Shown one piece after another: positions 1 to 13,019 of a DNA stretch of 64,000 nucleotides. This stretch comes from Octopus vulgaris (Eukaryota): assembly GCA_951406725.2 (NCBI GenBank), contig OX597814.1, positions 195,052,001 through 195,116,000 of the forward strand, in the 5' to 3' direction. The position numbers and the translations under genes are program-made. A model generated the notes under the pieces. It ran no database searches and was not told where the DNA came from. It saw only the letters and a program-made list of their open reading frames with translations. How positions within the stretch are numbered: position 1 is the stretch's first letter; each line of letters starts with the position of its first letter.

Positions 1-89
1 TGTGTGTATTATATAATATATCGTCTGTAAATCCTAAATCCGAAAAAGAAGCACAAAGCTATAGAGCAGTAGAGTATATAGATATGGCC

Positions 90-162
90 GGTCTATGGGG
101 TTACCCTGAATTTCACGTCCATAAAGCGCTTAGCTTTACAGTGTCTCTTCAGACCTTAGGCC
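90..162 (-). ncRNA. Degenerate type-I hammerhead ribozyme in inverted pseudo-LTR of Penelope-like element
   Basis: Minus strand: AGGT-CTGAAGA-[stem II TGTAAAGC/GCTTTATG]-GAAA-TTCAGGG-TA|ACCC. A mirror copy of the stem-I/CTGAAGA part lies on + at ~190-223 (fold-back). Confidence 0.6.
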
Positions 163-318
163 TATGGCTTCTCTAGAAAAGAGAGGCCACTTGCTAGAGA
201 GGTCATAGGCCTAAGGTCTGAAGAAACTAGGGCTCGCAAAAAAACCGATAATTCCCAAAACCGAGTTCAATTATAAGTAATTCTCAAAACCGGTTAAAAA
301 CTGGTTTCCGCGGGTACT

Positions 319-465
319 AGCTAGTCGTGACTAGTCGATCCTTATTTTGTGTTTTATTTACTTTGTTTAAAAAAAATTATTTACTTTGTGTAAAAAAATT
401 ATTTATTTTGTGTTTTATTTACTTTGCTAGGTAGTCGTTGTAGGACCGACTAGTCACGACTAGCT
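319..465. mobile_element. Small MITE-like element with 24-bp terminal inverted repeats
   Basis: AGCTAGTCGTGACTAGTCGATCCT (319-342) vs AGGACCGACTAGTCACGACTAGCT (442-465), one mismatch; AT-rich internal tandem repeats. Confidence 0.55.
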
Positions 466-559
466 TGTGCGGATGCGCGAATACGCGAGTGCGCGCACCG
501 GGATCACTCTTCTTAAATAGTACCCGAATTCTTTAGAGATTTCAAATCCATTTGTTACC

Positions 560-1256
560 ATCTTGGGCTCTTCAGACAGGATCAGGGCGTACAAAGGAGC
601 CATGGCAAAATTAAAGATCATCATAGAGAATGATGCAAATGGGATCTGTCTGCCATACAGGAGCAAATCATGGAATAGCATAAAAAGAACTAAGATGAAG
701 ATAGTTAAAGCCAACTCATGGTATGACAACCAAAAAATACCAGAGTGTTATGTTTGTCGATGCTATTCCTGGAGGCGAACTAGTGTATCATTTTAGAAAA
801 GCCTCAGGTAAAATGAATCTACGGATTAAAGTTGTACAAAGGCCAGGAACTCTCTTAAAATCCCTGATCTGTAGAACATATTCATTTGAAAGAACCCTCT
901 GTATGAATAGGAACTGTATAGTGTGTAGAGAAAGCCCACGGGTAAACTGTAAAACTAAGACTGTAGTCTATAATATAAGGTTTACAGAGGGAGGGTGCAG
1001 AAAAAAGACAACGACGTACATTGAAGAAACAGTTCATAGCGTAAGTGAGAGGATAGGGGAGCACTGGCGGGAACACAAGGAGGAAATAAGCTCGTCAGTG
1101 CTATACCAACATGCTAAATTAGAACACGGGGGCACGGTAGATAACACAGTCGTTAGGATCTTGTCGACACATGGGAACAGACACAACACTCAGAAAGATT
1201 ACAGAAGCTTCACACACAATAGAAAAATGACCGTGCCTCAACAGAAAACGTGAATA
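560..1256 (+). pseudogene. 5'-truncated, frameshifted Penelope-like element ORF (RT C-terminal linker + GIY-YIG endonuclease)
   Basis: ORF 723-1253 has a Cys-rich linker (CMNRNCIVC..NC), VVYNI..C..YIEET..SVSERIGEH and LYQHAKLEH, typical of PLE GIY-YIG. Frameshifts near 725 and 1180; the alternative frame gives LRKITEAS..PCLNRKRE. Confidence 0.85.
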
Positions 1257-1477
1257 GAGTTATAACACCCTCATTTCACCACACTACGCAACATGACGCC
1301 TAAAGACAATAAGAAAAAAACTATATGAATACATAAAAGACACGGGTACAAACAGTGTAATATAGAAACCCGGGTACACGCACACGAGACACACATACAC
1401 ATACTAAACGCATAGACACATACAGAGATACAGATGTAAAAGCAAGTCTACAGGTTCAATTCTGATCTATAAACACT

Positions 1478-1740
1478 TATTTCTTTACTACCCACAAGAG
1501 GCTAAACACAGAGGCAAAGTCGACCTTGGCGGAATTTGAACTCAGAACGTAATGGCAGACGAAATACCTATTTATTTACTACCCACAAGGGGCTAAACAC
1601 AGAGAGGACAAACAAGGACAGACAAACGGATTAAGTCGATTACATCGACCCCATTGCGTAACTAGTACTTAATTTATCGACCCCGTAAGGATGAAACGGC
1701 AGACGAAGTACGGCTACGCGTCTCTGCCCGTTCGCCGCCT
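1478..1740 (-). mobile_element. tRNA-derived SINE family A (deleted dimer)
   Basis: Matches the ~230-bp repeat seen more than 20 times in the window (head GGCGGCGAGCTGGCAGAAACG, B-box GAGTTCAAATTCC). Confidence 0.8.
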
Positions 1741-2832
1741 TCTAATCTATAAATACTGTTGCTCGCTGTCAATTATTAAATAATTTAGGGCCCAATGCAT
1801 TGGTTTGCTCGGTGGCCCATAATGCTGTTAGATGGCCGTGAGTGTATGACCTGAGCGGGAGGGTGAGGCACAAGAGATGATGCGTGGAAGAGAGACGGGT
1901 GGAACACTAGAGAAGATGAGGACGAGAGCAGAGTAATGCACTAATGAAGATGACAATAAGAAGTGTGGGACACTAAAGGAAAATGAGAGGAAGAGAGGAG
2001 ACGAGACACTAGGGACTATACAGAAAGAGAGGGAGGGAGAGAGAGAGGTAGAGAGAGTGGGAAAGAGAGGGAGATAGATAGATAGATAGATAGATAGAGA
2101 GAGAGGAACACTGGAGATGATGAACGAAAGAGAGAGGGATGAGAACAATTAACATTTTGAAAACATCCTTAAGTTTTACAAATGCTTTGGCAATAAAGCA
2201 CTCTTCATGCTGCTTTGGGATAAGATGCCCTTGTTTACCAATTTTGCGATTGATTAAATCCTTTTCTTCCAGGTGAAATTCGTGGAACGGGAACCGATAG
2301 TTAGTTCCATCATATTGAGTTCCTTCTTCAAGAAGAATTTTCTTTTTTTATTACGATCAAGCGTTTTTAAAAGAAAAAAAAGCTGTAATTGGTGGGCGGT
2401 AAAAATTATATTTATTTCCATTGAAACGATGCTAGAAAAATTGCGCATATGGATGTCGAGATAAAAAGGGTGGCAAGCGAGTTAGGAAGCGAAGAGAAAC
2501 GCTGAGTTAACAAAAAAACAAAAACAAACAAAAAAAAACAAAAACAAACAAAAAACAAAAACAAAAAAACAACAACAAAAAACAAAAACAAAAACAACAA
2601 TCTGAAACCAGTCAGAAAAGCGAACACCTATAGATTTTCAACAACAAACGACAAGAGATCCAGCGAAGTTTCGATTCGGCATGATTGCATAAAGTTTTAG
2701 AGTGGATACATCGCTAAAAATCAGCGGTACTAAGGGGTCCAGCAAATCACCCACCACCACCACCACCGCCGCCGCCGCCACCACCACCACCACCATCATT
2801 AACAAATCCGTCATGGGTAAAATACTTAACAG

Positions 2833-2893
2833 CTAGTTCAAGAGCATCCGACGGTGTAGATGTGTTTCTTCGGGTGATAAATAGATGTAACTC
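2833..2893 (-). CDS. Candidate terminal coding exon of an unknown gene ((R)[19 protein letters not shown])
   Basis: Acceptor ttcttttaag; phase 2 matches the 10168 donor; followed by U-rich sequence and AATAAA (minus strand, ~2411-2416). Confidence 0.3.
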
Positions 2894-3043
2894 CTTAAAA
2901 GAACAGTTCCGCAATGTATCTTCTCATTTCGTGTAAAGGTAAACAGCAATTTAAAGGATATAGCTTCATTTATATTGAAAGTCAATAATAAAATAACAGA
3001 TGTAAAAAAGAAACGAACATGCAATACCGCGAAAAAAAAAAAT

Positions 3044-3295
3044 ATCCATCCATCCATCCATCCATCCATCCATCCATCCATCCATCCATCCATCCATCCA
3101 TCCATCCATCCATCCATCCATCCATCCATCCATCCATCCATCCATCCATCCATCCATCCATCCATCCATCCATCCATCCATCCATCCATCCATCCATCCA
3201 TCCATCCATCCATCCATCCATCCATCCATCCATCCATCCATCCATCCATCCATCCATCCATCCATCCATCCATCCATCCATCCATCCATCCATCC

Positions 3296-3343
<48 letters not shown>
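3044..3343. repeat. (CATC)n followed by (TATC)n microsatellite
   Basis: About 250 bp of perfect CATC repeat, then TATC. Confidence 0.98.
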
Positions 3344-4477
3344 CACTTGAAAAGGAAAGTGAGAGTAGAGAGGCAAGTCTTGTCTAGCGAATGTTTCAAA
3401 AAATAAAAGATGGGTGAATGTACCAAGGATGGCACGTATGAATGACGAAGCCACCTTGAGCATAATCCTATGGACCCGGAAAAATTTAAAACAGAAGGTT
3501 ACCTACTTGCAAACAAATGTTTTAACATGTGACATTATTGACCGAGGTTACCGTGGTCTTTTAGTAGGCTTTTCTTTCCACGGATAAACCTTATCTGCTT
3601 CCCCCTTTACGCTTTACATCATGACATTTCTGTGATATACGATCCCCATTGATCGTTTTTTTTTTGTTTTTTGTTTTTTCTTTCCTTTTTTTTTGTTTTT
3701 CTCTTTGTTTTTTTTTCTTTCCCTTTTACGATCCCTTTTGATCGAAAACCTACCTTTACATTTTTTTTCTTTTCTCCTCAAAAAGAAAAGCTCTACTTTG
3801 TAATCTGTCCCGCCTGTGTGCAGCCCTGTGTGGCTAATAAAGAAACATATCTTCTTAAAAACTACAAATCTTGCAAACAACTACTCAGGGTTTCCTGGTC
3901 GAAATAATGATCTATTTCGCCATTTATTATATGTATTATTTAAAACAGTTTAATTTAGTTTTGTGCTACTTTAAGTTTCGCAGGCCCCTAACCGGAGCCT
4001 GACTCCTTCATGCTGACCAATAAACACACACACACACGTACGTACGTATGTATGTATGTATGTATGTATGTATGTATGTATGTATGTATGTATGTATGTA
4101 TGTATGTATGTATGTATGTATGTATGGTTTTACTTTCAGACCAACTGCAGAAGACTTTAGACAAGTGTCTTCTACTATAGCCCCAGGCCGACTGATGCTT
4201 TTGTAAGTTGATTTGGTAGACAAGCTGTGTGGAAGCCCCGTATCGCCATTTAACGCCTGGCACGGGTCGGATGGTTTTGCAAGATCCGGCAAGCCGCTCC
4301 AACGGCAGCTTTGGCATGTTTCCCTACGGTTGGATGTCCTTCATAACGCCAAGCACTTACAGCATATACTGGGTTCTCGTGCCACCGATACGACAAAAAA
4401 GAAAAGTAAAGAGAAAAGGGCCCTATGACAAAGTGGGTAGAGGCATTAGGGAGGGGATTTTCGTGTCTTGTGTGTGA

Positions 4478-4534
<57 letters not shown>

Positions 4535-5766
4535 GTCTCCCATCATCGCTTCACAGCGTGTATTGGTTTGTTTCGCGGTTCGACAGAGAGAGAGACCGAT
4601 AATATAAGTACCAGAGATAAAAATGAAATACTTGGATCAATTTGCTCGATTAAATCACTGAAGGCGATGCCCCAGCGTGGGCGCATCCCTATCACTGAAT
4701 CAGGTAAAAAATAATAAAAACAAAAAACAAAAACACTTAAAGAAAAGCGGTGAGTTTGCAGAAACGTTTGCGCTCCGGGCGAAATTCTTAACGGTATTTC
4801 GTCTGTCTTTACGTTTTATGGCGGTGCCCCAGCATGGCCACAGCTCGTGAGCTGAAACTAGATGAAAAAAAAAAAAAATATACCCACTGAATCTAAGATG
4901 CGCGTGGAATTAAAATGGAAGAAGAATTTTATACGGAAACATTTTTGTCAAAAACTAGCGTTTCGACAATCTCCCCGTCTCACTTCTTATTTTGAAGGCA
5001 AATTTAAGTCTCGACGTTTCGTTTTATGAACGTATAATAGTGGTGAACAAGTTGAAAAATGAAGAAATGAATGAAAATGAAAGAAAATCACTACCTTTAA
5101 TTATCAGAAACAAAATAAAATTAAACGGTCGCTTGATTTATATGTGAAAGTGAACGAAAGTGTTGACGGCTAAGTATATCTTTAACTTTTATCGTTCATT
5201 TGTTTTAGTCAGTGGATTGCAGCCGTGATTGGAACCGTCTTGAACAACTCGACCCCAGTACTTATTCTATGGATCTCTTTTGCTGAAACAGTAGGGTGTA
5301 ACTGAGGGAAATTTGGCTGTTATTTGTAGCATGTTGAATCGGTTACTGTTATCAGAAAGAAACCAACGCTGACTTCCGAGCGGTGGAGGATATTTACAAA
5401 CACAAAGACACACATATAATCATATATACGATGGGCTTCCATTCAGTTTCCGCCCACCATATTGACTCACAAGGCATTGGTCGGCTTGGGGCTATACTAG
5501 ATGATGCAACACACTTGCCTAAAGGCGTCACGCAGTGGAACTGAACTCAAAACCATCTAACTGCAAAACGAGTTTCTTAACCATACGACGTGTATGTCCA
5601 TAAAAGGAAAGATCGTCATCCAAAAATTAACAAAGATTGTAAATTTTTGAATTAACAGCGGAGATTTTGATGCAAATGATGCAAATGATAAATGGCACAT
5701 AAGATGCTGCGCTTCGGAACCGGACTTCTAACCACGTGATTTCAATGCAGCCATGTTTGCACCTAT

Positions 5767-5824
<58 letters not shown>

Positions 5825-5960
5825 TTATATACACGCACACACACACACACACATGTGGACACATAGGTGCAAAACAAGGTGGAGAAATTAGTACTCGAAT
5901 ACCAAAGGTAGAGTAAAGATATTTTATTGAAGCTAAAAAAAACTACACAAATTGTTACTT

Positions 5961-6375
5961 AGGCATAGGAGTGACTGTGTGGTAAGTAGTTTGCTTACCA
6001 ACCACACGGTTCCGGGTTCAGTCCCACTGTGTGGCACCTTGGGCAAGTGTTTTCTACTATAGCCTCGGGCCGACCAAAGCCTTGTGAGTGGATTTGGTAG
6101 ACGGAAACTGAAAGAAGACTGTCGTATATATGTATATATATATATGTATGTGTGTGTATATGTTTGTGTGTCTGTGTTTTTCCCCCCTCCCCAACATCGT
6201 TTGACAACCGATGCTGGTGTGTTTACGTCCCCGTAACTTAGCGGTTCGGCAAGAGAAACCGATAGAATAAGTACTAGGCTTACAAAGAATAAGTCCTGGG
6301 GTCGATTTGCTCGACTAAAGGCGGTGCTCCAGCATGGCCACAGTCACATGGCTGAAACAAGTAAAAGGGTATAAA
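5961..6375 (+). mobile_element. tRNA-derived SINE family B with internal (TA/TG)n
   Basis: Head GGCATAGGAGTGACTGTGTGGTAAG, GGTTCAGTCCC B-box, CCTTGGGCAAGT core, tail CTGAAACAAGTAAAAG. Other copies at ~14180-14575(-), 14848-15455, 16383-16738, 24176-25080, 34140-34622, 36875-37277(-), 53645-54063(-). Confidence 0.85.
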
Positions 6376-6498
6376 AGTAATAGTCGAGAATATTCACGAG
6401 TAGCCACGACTGTCTGGCGAACGGTTACGGGAAGTTCTGAATAATAGTTTGTGCCATATTCTTCAGCTTTGATAACGCGCACGCGCACACACACATGC

Positions 6499-6558
<60 letters not shown>

Positions 6559-6702
6559 GCACACCTACAGAAGTGTACCTCTCGTCACCTTTGTTTCCTC
6601 GTAAATTTCAGAAAATGGGTCTTTTTTAATTTTATAAATTAATTTTAAAAAACATGAGCAAACAAAGTCGGGCACATTTGTATAGCTATGTCATATACAT
6701 TT

Positions 6703-7083
6703 AGGTGCAATGGCCCAGTGGTTAGAGCAGCGGACTCGCGGTTGTAGGATCGCGGTTTCGATTCCCAGACTGGGCATTGTGAATGTTTATTGAGCGAAAA
6801 CACTTAAAGCTCCACGAGGCTCCGACAAGGTGTAATGGCAAACCCTGCTGTACTCTTTCACCACAACTTGCTCTCACTCTTTCTTCCTGTTTCTGTTGTA
6901 CCCGTATTTCAAAGGGCCAGCCTTGTCACTCTCTGTGTCACGCTGAATATCCCCGAGAACTACGTTAAGGACACACGTGTCTGTGGAGTGCTCAGTCACT
7001 TGCACGTTAATTTCACGAGCGGGCTGTTCCGTTGATCGGATCAACTGGAACCCTCGTCGTCGTAACCGACGGAGTGCCAACAA
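6703..7083 (+). mobile_element. tRNA(Arg)-like SINE family C, tail type i
   Basis: Head TGGCCCAGTGGTTAGAGCAGCGGACTCGCGG..GTTTCGATTCCC; same head and tail at 54187-54570. Confidence 0.85.
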
Positions 7084-7120
7084 TATGTATGTATGAACGT
7101 ATGTGTGTGTGTGTGTGTGC

Positions 7121-7532
7121 GGCGAGCTGGCAGAATCGTTAGCACGTCGGGCGAAATGCTTAGCGGTATTTCGTGTGCCGTTACGCTCTGGGTTCAAATT
7201 CCGCCGAGGTCGACTTTGCCTTTCATCCTTTCGGGGTCGATAAATTAAGTACCAGTTTCGCACTGGGGTCGATGTAATCGACTTAATCCGTTTGTCTGTC
7301 CTTGTTTGTCCCCTCTATGTTTAGCCCCTTGTGGGTAGTAAAGAAATAGGTATTTCGTGTGCTGTTATGTTCTGAGTTCAAATTCCGTCGAGGTCGACTT
7401 TGCCTTTCATCCTTTCGGGGTCGATAAATTTAGTACCAGTTACGCACTGGGGTCGATATAATCGACTTAATCCGTTTGTCTGTCCTTGTTTGTCCCCTCT
7501 GTGTTTAGCCCCTTGTGGGCAATAAAGAAATA
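7121..7532 (+). mobile_element. SINE family A dimer (head + 2 body units)
   Basis: Body repeats after the junction GAAATAGGTATTTC (~7343-7356). Confidence 0.85.
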
Positions 7533-7894
7533 AGTATGTGTGTGTGTGTGCATGTGCGTGCGGTGTATGTATGAATGTATGTATGTACATGTGCGTGTGT
7601 GTGTGTATGTTAGAATGTATGTACGTGTGAGTCTGTGCGTATGGATGTTACAGAATTTTCTGGAAAAGAATAAAAGGGTAATAAGTAAAGAGCATAAGAA
7701 AACAGATAAATAACAAAAACTGACCTTAGGTCGTGACAGTAGGTTCTTGGTTTGAAACGATCGTGGTAAAATGTCTTTTTTGCCCTCAATACATATGTAT
7801 GTATATTTGTGTGTCTCTCTGGTCAAGTGAGTTGACCAGATAGAAAGGCTAAAATTATAAGAACGAGATTTTTTTTTTGTTTTGACAAAGCCAA

Positions 7895-8404
7895 AGAACT
7901 ACTACTACTACTACTACTACTACTATCGCGACGACTACCACCAGTGCTACTACTACTGCTGCCGCCACCAACAAAACCATCAACCACTACCACCACCACC
8001 ACCACTGCCGCCTCCACTGTCCCCGCACCAATATGACCATCACAACCACCAGCACCACAACCACCACCACCACCACCACCACCACCACCACCACCACCAC
8101 CACCACCACAACTACTACTATCATAACGACGACTACCGCCACCAGCAGCACCGCCACCAGCAGCACCGCCACCACCACCACCACCACCACCACCACCATC
8201 ACCACTACCACCACCAACAACAATGTCACCACCGTCGCCGTCGCCACCACCACCACCACCACCAACAACATCACCACCGGCACCAGCACCAGCTGCCACC
8301 AGTACCACGAGCATTAGTACTACTACCACCACCACTACCACCACCAGCATCACCGTCCTCCCCGCCGCCGCCGTCTCCACCACCACCACCACCACCACCA
8401 CCAT

Positions 8405-8470
<66 letters not shown>
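7895..8470. repeat. Degenerate (CAC/TAC)n low-complexity block
   Basis: Mixed CAC, TAC and CAG trinucleotides; source of the poly-H/T/P ORFs. Confidence 0.95.
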
Positions 8471-8744
8471 GGTGTTGTTTATTATTAATTAGTTTGGAGT
8501 GATGGCTGTGGTATTGTTGTTTAAGATCTGTTGGGGTCGTCAAGTCGAGTGTTGTAACCAAGAAAGGAAGTAAATATAAGTCTTTATTAGTAACTTGGTA
8601 ACTGGCTCCGTTTAGTAGGTTGGTTTGTTTGGCTGTTGTTGTTTGTTTGTTGTTGTTTTTTTTTTTTGCATTGGCTAATTAATTCCCATCGGACAGCAGC
8701 TTGTTGACTTGACTTCGTTTTTAATATTTTTATATTTTTTGGTT

Positions 8745-9235
8745 CATGTTGTTGGTGGTGGCGATAGTGTTTGTTTGTTTCTTGTAATTGTGGTAAGGTG
8801 GGAAGTGGTGCTAGTGGCGATGGTGTTAGAAGTGCTGCTGCTGTTGATGTTGTTGCTGGTGGTTCTGGTGGTGGTGGTGGTAGATGTGTTGTGATAGTGG
8901 TAGAGATATTGTTGGCAGTGTTACTGTTGATGATGATGATGTTCGTAGTGGTGATGGTGGTAGGAGTGTTGTTGTTGTTGTTGTGGTGGTGGTGGTAGAG
9001 GTGTCGCTGTTGGTGTTGTTGTCGTTGTTGTTGATGGTGGTGGTGGTGGTAGTAGTAGTGATGATGGTGGCGGCGGCGGTGGTGTTGGTGGTGATTGTAG
9101 TGGTGCGGGTGGTAATGGAGGTGGTGGTGTTGCTGGTGGTAGTGGCGGTTGTAGAGGTGTTGAGATGGTGTTGATGTTGTTTTGGTGGTAGTATTAGTAG
9201 ATGCGATGATGGTTGTAATGTTGGTGTTGTTGGTG
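8745..9235. repeat. Degenerate (GTG/GTT)n low-complexity block
   Basis: Mixed GTG, GTT and GAT trinucleotides. Confidence 0.95.
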
Positions 9236-9337
9236 TATGCTTAATTTGACAGACGTTAAGGAATAGGAGAGATGTAAGGAAAGAACGTGCGAGTGACGAC
9301 TATAATTCTCTTTTTTGGTGAAATATTGCATCCTGCT

Positions 9338-9421
<84 letters not shown>

Positions 9422-9514
9422 GGTAAGACAACAAAAGAATGAAAGAGACCTCGATATTATGTAAATAGAGGAATTTTTCTGTAAAAATATATGTGACAAT
9501 TATTCGGTAGCCAT

Positions 9515-9575
9515 GATAAAACTCCGAGTTTCGGATGTCGGGGCGGAAACCCACGCCGGCATCTCTTCAGTTATC
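9515..9575 (-). ncRNA. Type-I hammerhead ribozyme (mirror of 9634-9694)
   Basis: Reverse complement reads GATAA-CTGAAGA-GATG..CATCC-GAAA-CTCGGAG-TT|TTATC. Confidence 0.75.
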
Positions 9576-9633
9576 GGGCCATCGAAAAAGATGCTCTCTA
9601 ATCATTTATTGTTGCTCATTTTTCCGATGGCCG

Positions 9634-9694
9634 GATAACTGAAGAGATGCCGGCGTGGGTTTCCGCCCCGACATCCGAAACTCGGAGTTTTATC
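9634..9694 (+). ncRNA. Type-I hammerhead ribozyme
   Basis: Stem I GATAA/TTATC; CTGAAGA 9639-9645; stem II GATG..GTGG-GTTT-CCGC..CATC; GAAA 9677-9680; near-palindromic stem III CTCGGAG; GUU site after 9689. Confidence 0.75.
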
Positions 9695-9731
9695 ATGGCT
9701 ACCGAATAATTGTCACACATTATATTTACAG

Positions 9732-9849
<118 letters not shown>

Positions 9850-10167
9850 TGGAGTTAGTTGGTTTGTTAGATAGATAGACAGGTATATACAGAGCTGGGC
9901 GTATGTCCTTTTATTCGTTAATCGTTAATTAAAGAAGTTAGCATTTTCGTTAACGATTTAACTTTTAAGTTAACTTTGAAAATCATTATCGAACTAATTA
10001 ACTTCCGTTACATTTAGTTTCCGTGAGCTCAAGTCCGTTAACGCCAAAAATTCATAAAAACCGGTAAACATTTTAAAGTTTCTATTGTTTTCAGATAGTC
10101 TTGGCATATTTAATATTGTATGCATCATTCTTTCAACTTCAATATAACGCTACTTATTATAAATAAC

Positions 10168-10253
10168 CTGTAGGACCTCGTTTGGCAATGCCTGGATTTG
10201 GCTTCAAATCCATCCGCTGGTTGCTTGCAAAGACAGCGGTAAATTTCTTTGTC
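10168..10253 (-). CDS. Candidate internal exon (DKEIYRCLCKQPADGFEAKSRHCQTRSY(R))
   Basis: Non-repetitive, GC-richer island; acceptor ctcttgacag, donor CAG|gttatt; 86 nt, phase 0 to 2, open frame. Confidence 0.4.
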
Positions 10254-11984
10254 CTGTCAAGAGTGATTGATTGATGTGTTCCAGTGATTGATGTGTTTCC
10301 ACTTGATCTGTGACCTCGCTGAGGTGGATGTCAACAGAGAAAATATTGACTTCCATAGAATGGAAAAATAAATGGAAGGAAAAAAGTTGGTAAATATTTC
10401 GGTATGAACGCAAACAGCTGTTACGTAGTAGCAGGGCATGCTAGGAATAGCAGCCAAATCTTTACTTTTCTGGAAAAAGGACCGTTTACGCATGATTTCG
10501 AAGTCACATTCGTTGAAACCATGCAAAATAACCTGGAAAAGAAAAAAAGAAAGACCCGCGAAACAAAACTCCTTTGGTTTGGTGGGAAGCTTCGAGGTCC
10601 CCTCGACCCTCCCAGGTTTTTTTTTTTAGGAAAAAAGTGGCTTGCGGCGGGTTTGAATGTGCCAGGAAAAAAAAAACTGTGGTAAAAAATTATTCCACAC
10701 CGAAATACGGAATATTTACCGAAATAATATAATCTTGTACCGATTATACGTGTATTTTAATTAATTCAAATTAATGCACCTCATCTTGAAAAGTCGCAAA
10801 ATTTTTGTCGGTTGCCATCTGGGATAATTTTAGTAACAAATCAAACAGGTAAGATGCATTAAGAATTTCAATTTTAGTGTTTATACATAATGTTATTGGT
10901 TTTACATCTGGTAATGAAATTTACCTGCGAATTTAATCGACCCCGAAAGGATGAACGGCAAAGTCGACCTCGGCGGAATTTGAACTCAGAACGTAGCGGC
11001 AGACGAAATACAATTTCTTTACTACCCACAGAGAGGACAAACAAGGACAGACAAACAGATTAAGTCGATTATATCGACACCAGTGCGTAACTGGTACTTA
11101 ATTTATCGACCCCGAAAGGATGAAAGGCAAAGTCGACCTCGGCGGAATTTGAACTCAGAACGTAACGGTAGACGAAATACGGCTACGCATTTCGCCCTGT
11201 GTGCTAACGTTTCTGCCAGCTCGCCACCTTATATGAAGATAAATATGTCACAGAAATTGGAGTTAACTGATAAATTAAAATAATATGAGTTAATAATACA
11301 TAGACTGTAAAATTTACGCGTTTAAAAAAGAAAACATGAAAACAATCTCTTTCTTATATACTCGAAAGCCAAATTGCAATATGATGGTGGCACGTCTATC
11401 ATGTACACAAAAGACATGAGTTCGCATTCCACATGTACCTTCGAATATTTTAACTATCAAAGGGGTTTTCTTTTAACCCAATATTCTACACGCTATTATT
11501 CATAGTTCTATTTACTTCGAGCTCCACCCCTAAAAATGATTGGTTGCAATCGCGATAATTGTCTTTAAAATCCTAAATGTGGATTTGTTATGTGTAATGG
11601 AAAACACATGAATGTTGGGTAAGGTAAAAACATAGAAACTGTGTATAACTGGCCCTCCGTCAGTTACAACGAGGAGGTTTCCAGTTGATCCGATTAACAG
11701 AACAGTCTGCTTGTGAAATTAATGTGCAAGTGGCTGAGCATTCTACAGACACGCGTACCTTTCAGGTAGTTTTCAGGGAGATTCAGTGTGACAAATAATG
11801 TGTCAAGGCTGGCCCTTTGAAATACAGGTGTAACTCATTTTTGTCAGCTGAATGGACTGGAGCGACCTTAAATATAGTGCCTTACTCAGGGACACAACGC
11901 ATCGTCGGGTATCGAACTCACGACATTACAGCCGTGAACTGAATACCCCTAACAGCTAAGCCACGCGCCTTCATGAGCTGTGTA

Positions 11985-12395
11985 AATGGGGTTGTGTTCA
12001 ACAGAGATTTAGTGGTGCTATGTAAGAAATCTCGAGTAGAAAATGCATGTGAAACTTATGGAAAACGTAAGGGAGTTAATGCTAAGATGAATGATGGCTG
12101 GATGTAGCAGGTTAGGAAAAAACCCCACCAAAAACGTGGCAGTGTGAACAAGAAAACTTGTGGTGAATCATTAGATGCAGACACTTCATAGATTGAGTCG
12201 TTCAGAAAACTTATCAATGAAATTATTAGATCTGAGGACCTAGCTTTGTCATAGTCCTGCAATGCCAATGAAACTGGTGTGTTCTAGCGTGTGGCTCTTG
12301 AAAATATTTTGGTCAATTAACATGAAAAACCTCACTCTTAAGTTGCAAGTATAATAAAGTGAGAACTTCTGCTTTATTAGAAGCGAATGCACTCT
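11985..12395 (+). pseudogene. Tigger/pogo (CENP-B/DDE_1) transposase remnant
   Basis: Reads CGESLDAD..ESFRKLINEII..NANETGVF*R..; later RTSALLEANA. This resembles the NxDETGLFW motif; multiple stops. Confidence 0.8.
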
Positions 12396-12555
12396 TAAAT
12401 ATAATATAAATCAATTAACTCAAAAAATGTGTGGCTTATCTCAGAAATGTTTTCGGGCGGTTCTTCAACTATTTTTGTCTATGAGGAGAGGCGTTTCCAG
12501 AACGATATTCTGAAAATTTATTCTCATATTTTAATGATGCTGCTGTGCTGTTGCT

Positions 12556-12923
12556 GTTTGTTTGTTTGTTGAGCGAAGCGGTCTTCGTCCCAGAGTGAAA
12601 GAAGTCCGAAACGTGGTCCTTTGCGATTCGTATGACCCGCAGAAGAGAAAGCAGGTCAACCCCCGACACCATCGACGGATGGATGAATGCGCATCCAGGC
12701 TCAGCGGTTGCGTAGGAAGTCGGGGACAAGAAACAGGAAGAAAGAGTGAGAGAAAGTTGGAGCGAAAGAGTACAACAGGGGTCGCCACCACCCCCTACCG
12801 GAGCCTCGTGGAGCTTTAGGTGTTTTCGCTCAATAAATACACACAACGCCCGGTCTGGGAATTGAAACCGCGATCCTCCGACCGCGAGTCCGCTGCCCTA
12901 ACCATTGGGCCATTGCGCCTCCA
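12556..12923 (-). mobile_element. SINE family C, tail type ii
   Basis: Family-C head at ~12850-12923; tail ends in (CAAA)n; same as 60939-61300 and 61543-61900. Confidence 0.85.
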
Positions 12924-13019
12924 GTAATGCTACTGCATTCTTATTCTTCCAAATGCCGAGAAGTTACGAGAAATGGTAGAATTAAATAGCATTTTTTTCT
13001 TCTCTCCTCCTCAGGGAAC

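Noticed and set aside
525-580. CTGAAGA..GAAA on the minus strand as a hammerhead
   Set aside because: Stems I and II do not form convincingly.
2100-2345. Minus-strand open frame ILLEEGTQYDGTNYRFPFHEF...
   Set aside because: No start codon or convincing acceptor, runs into a microsatellite, and no recognisable family.
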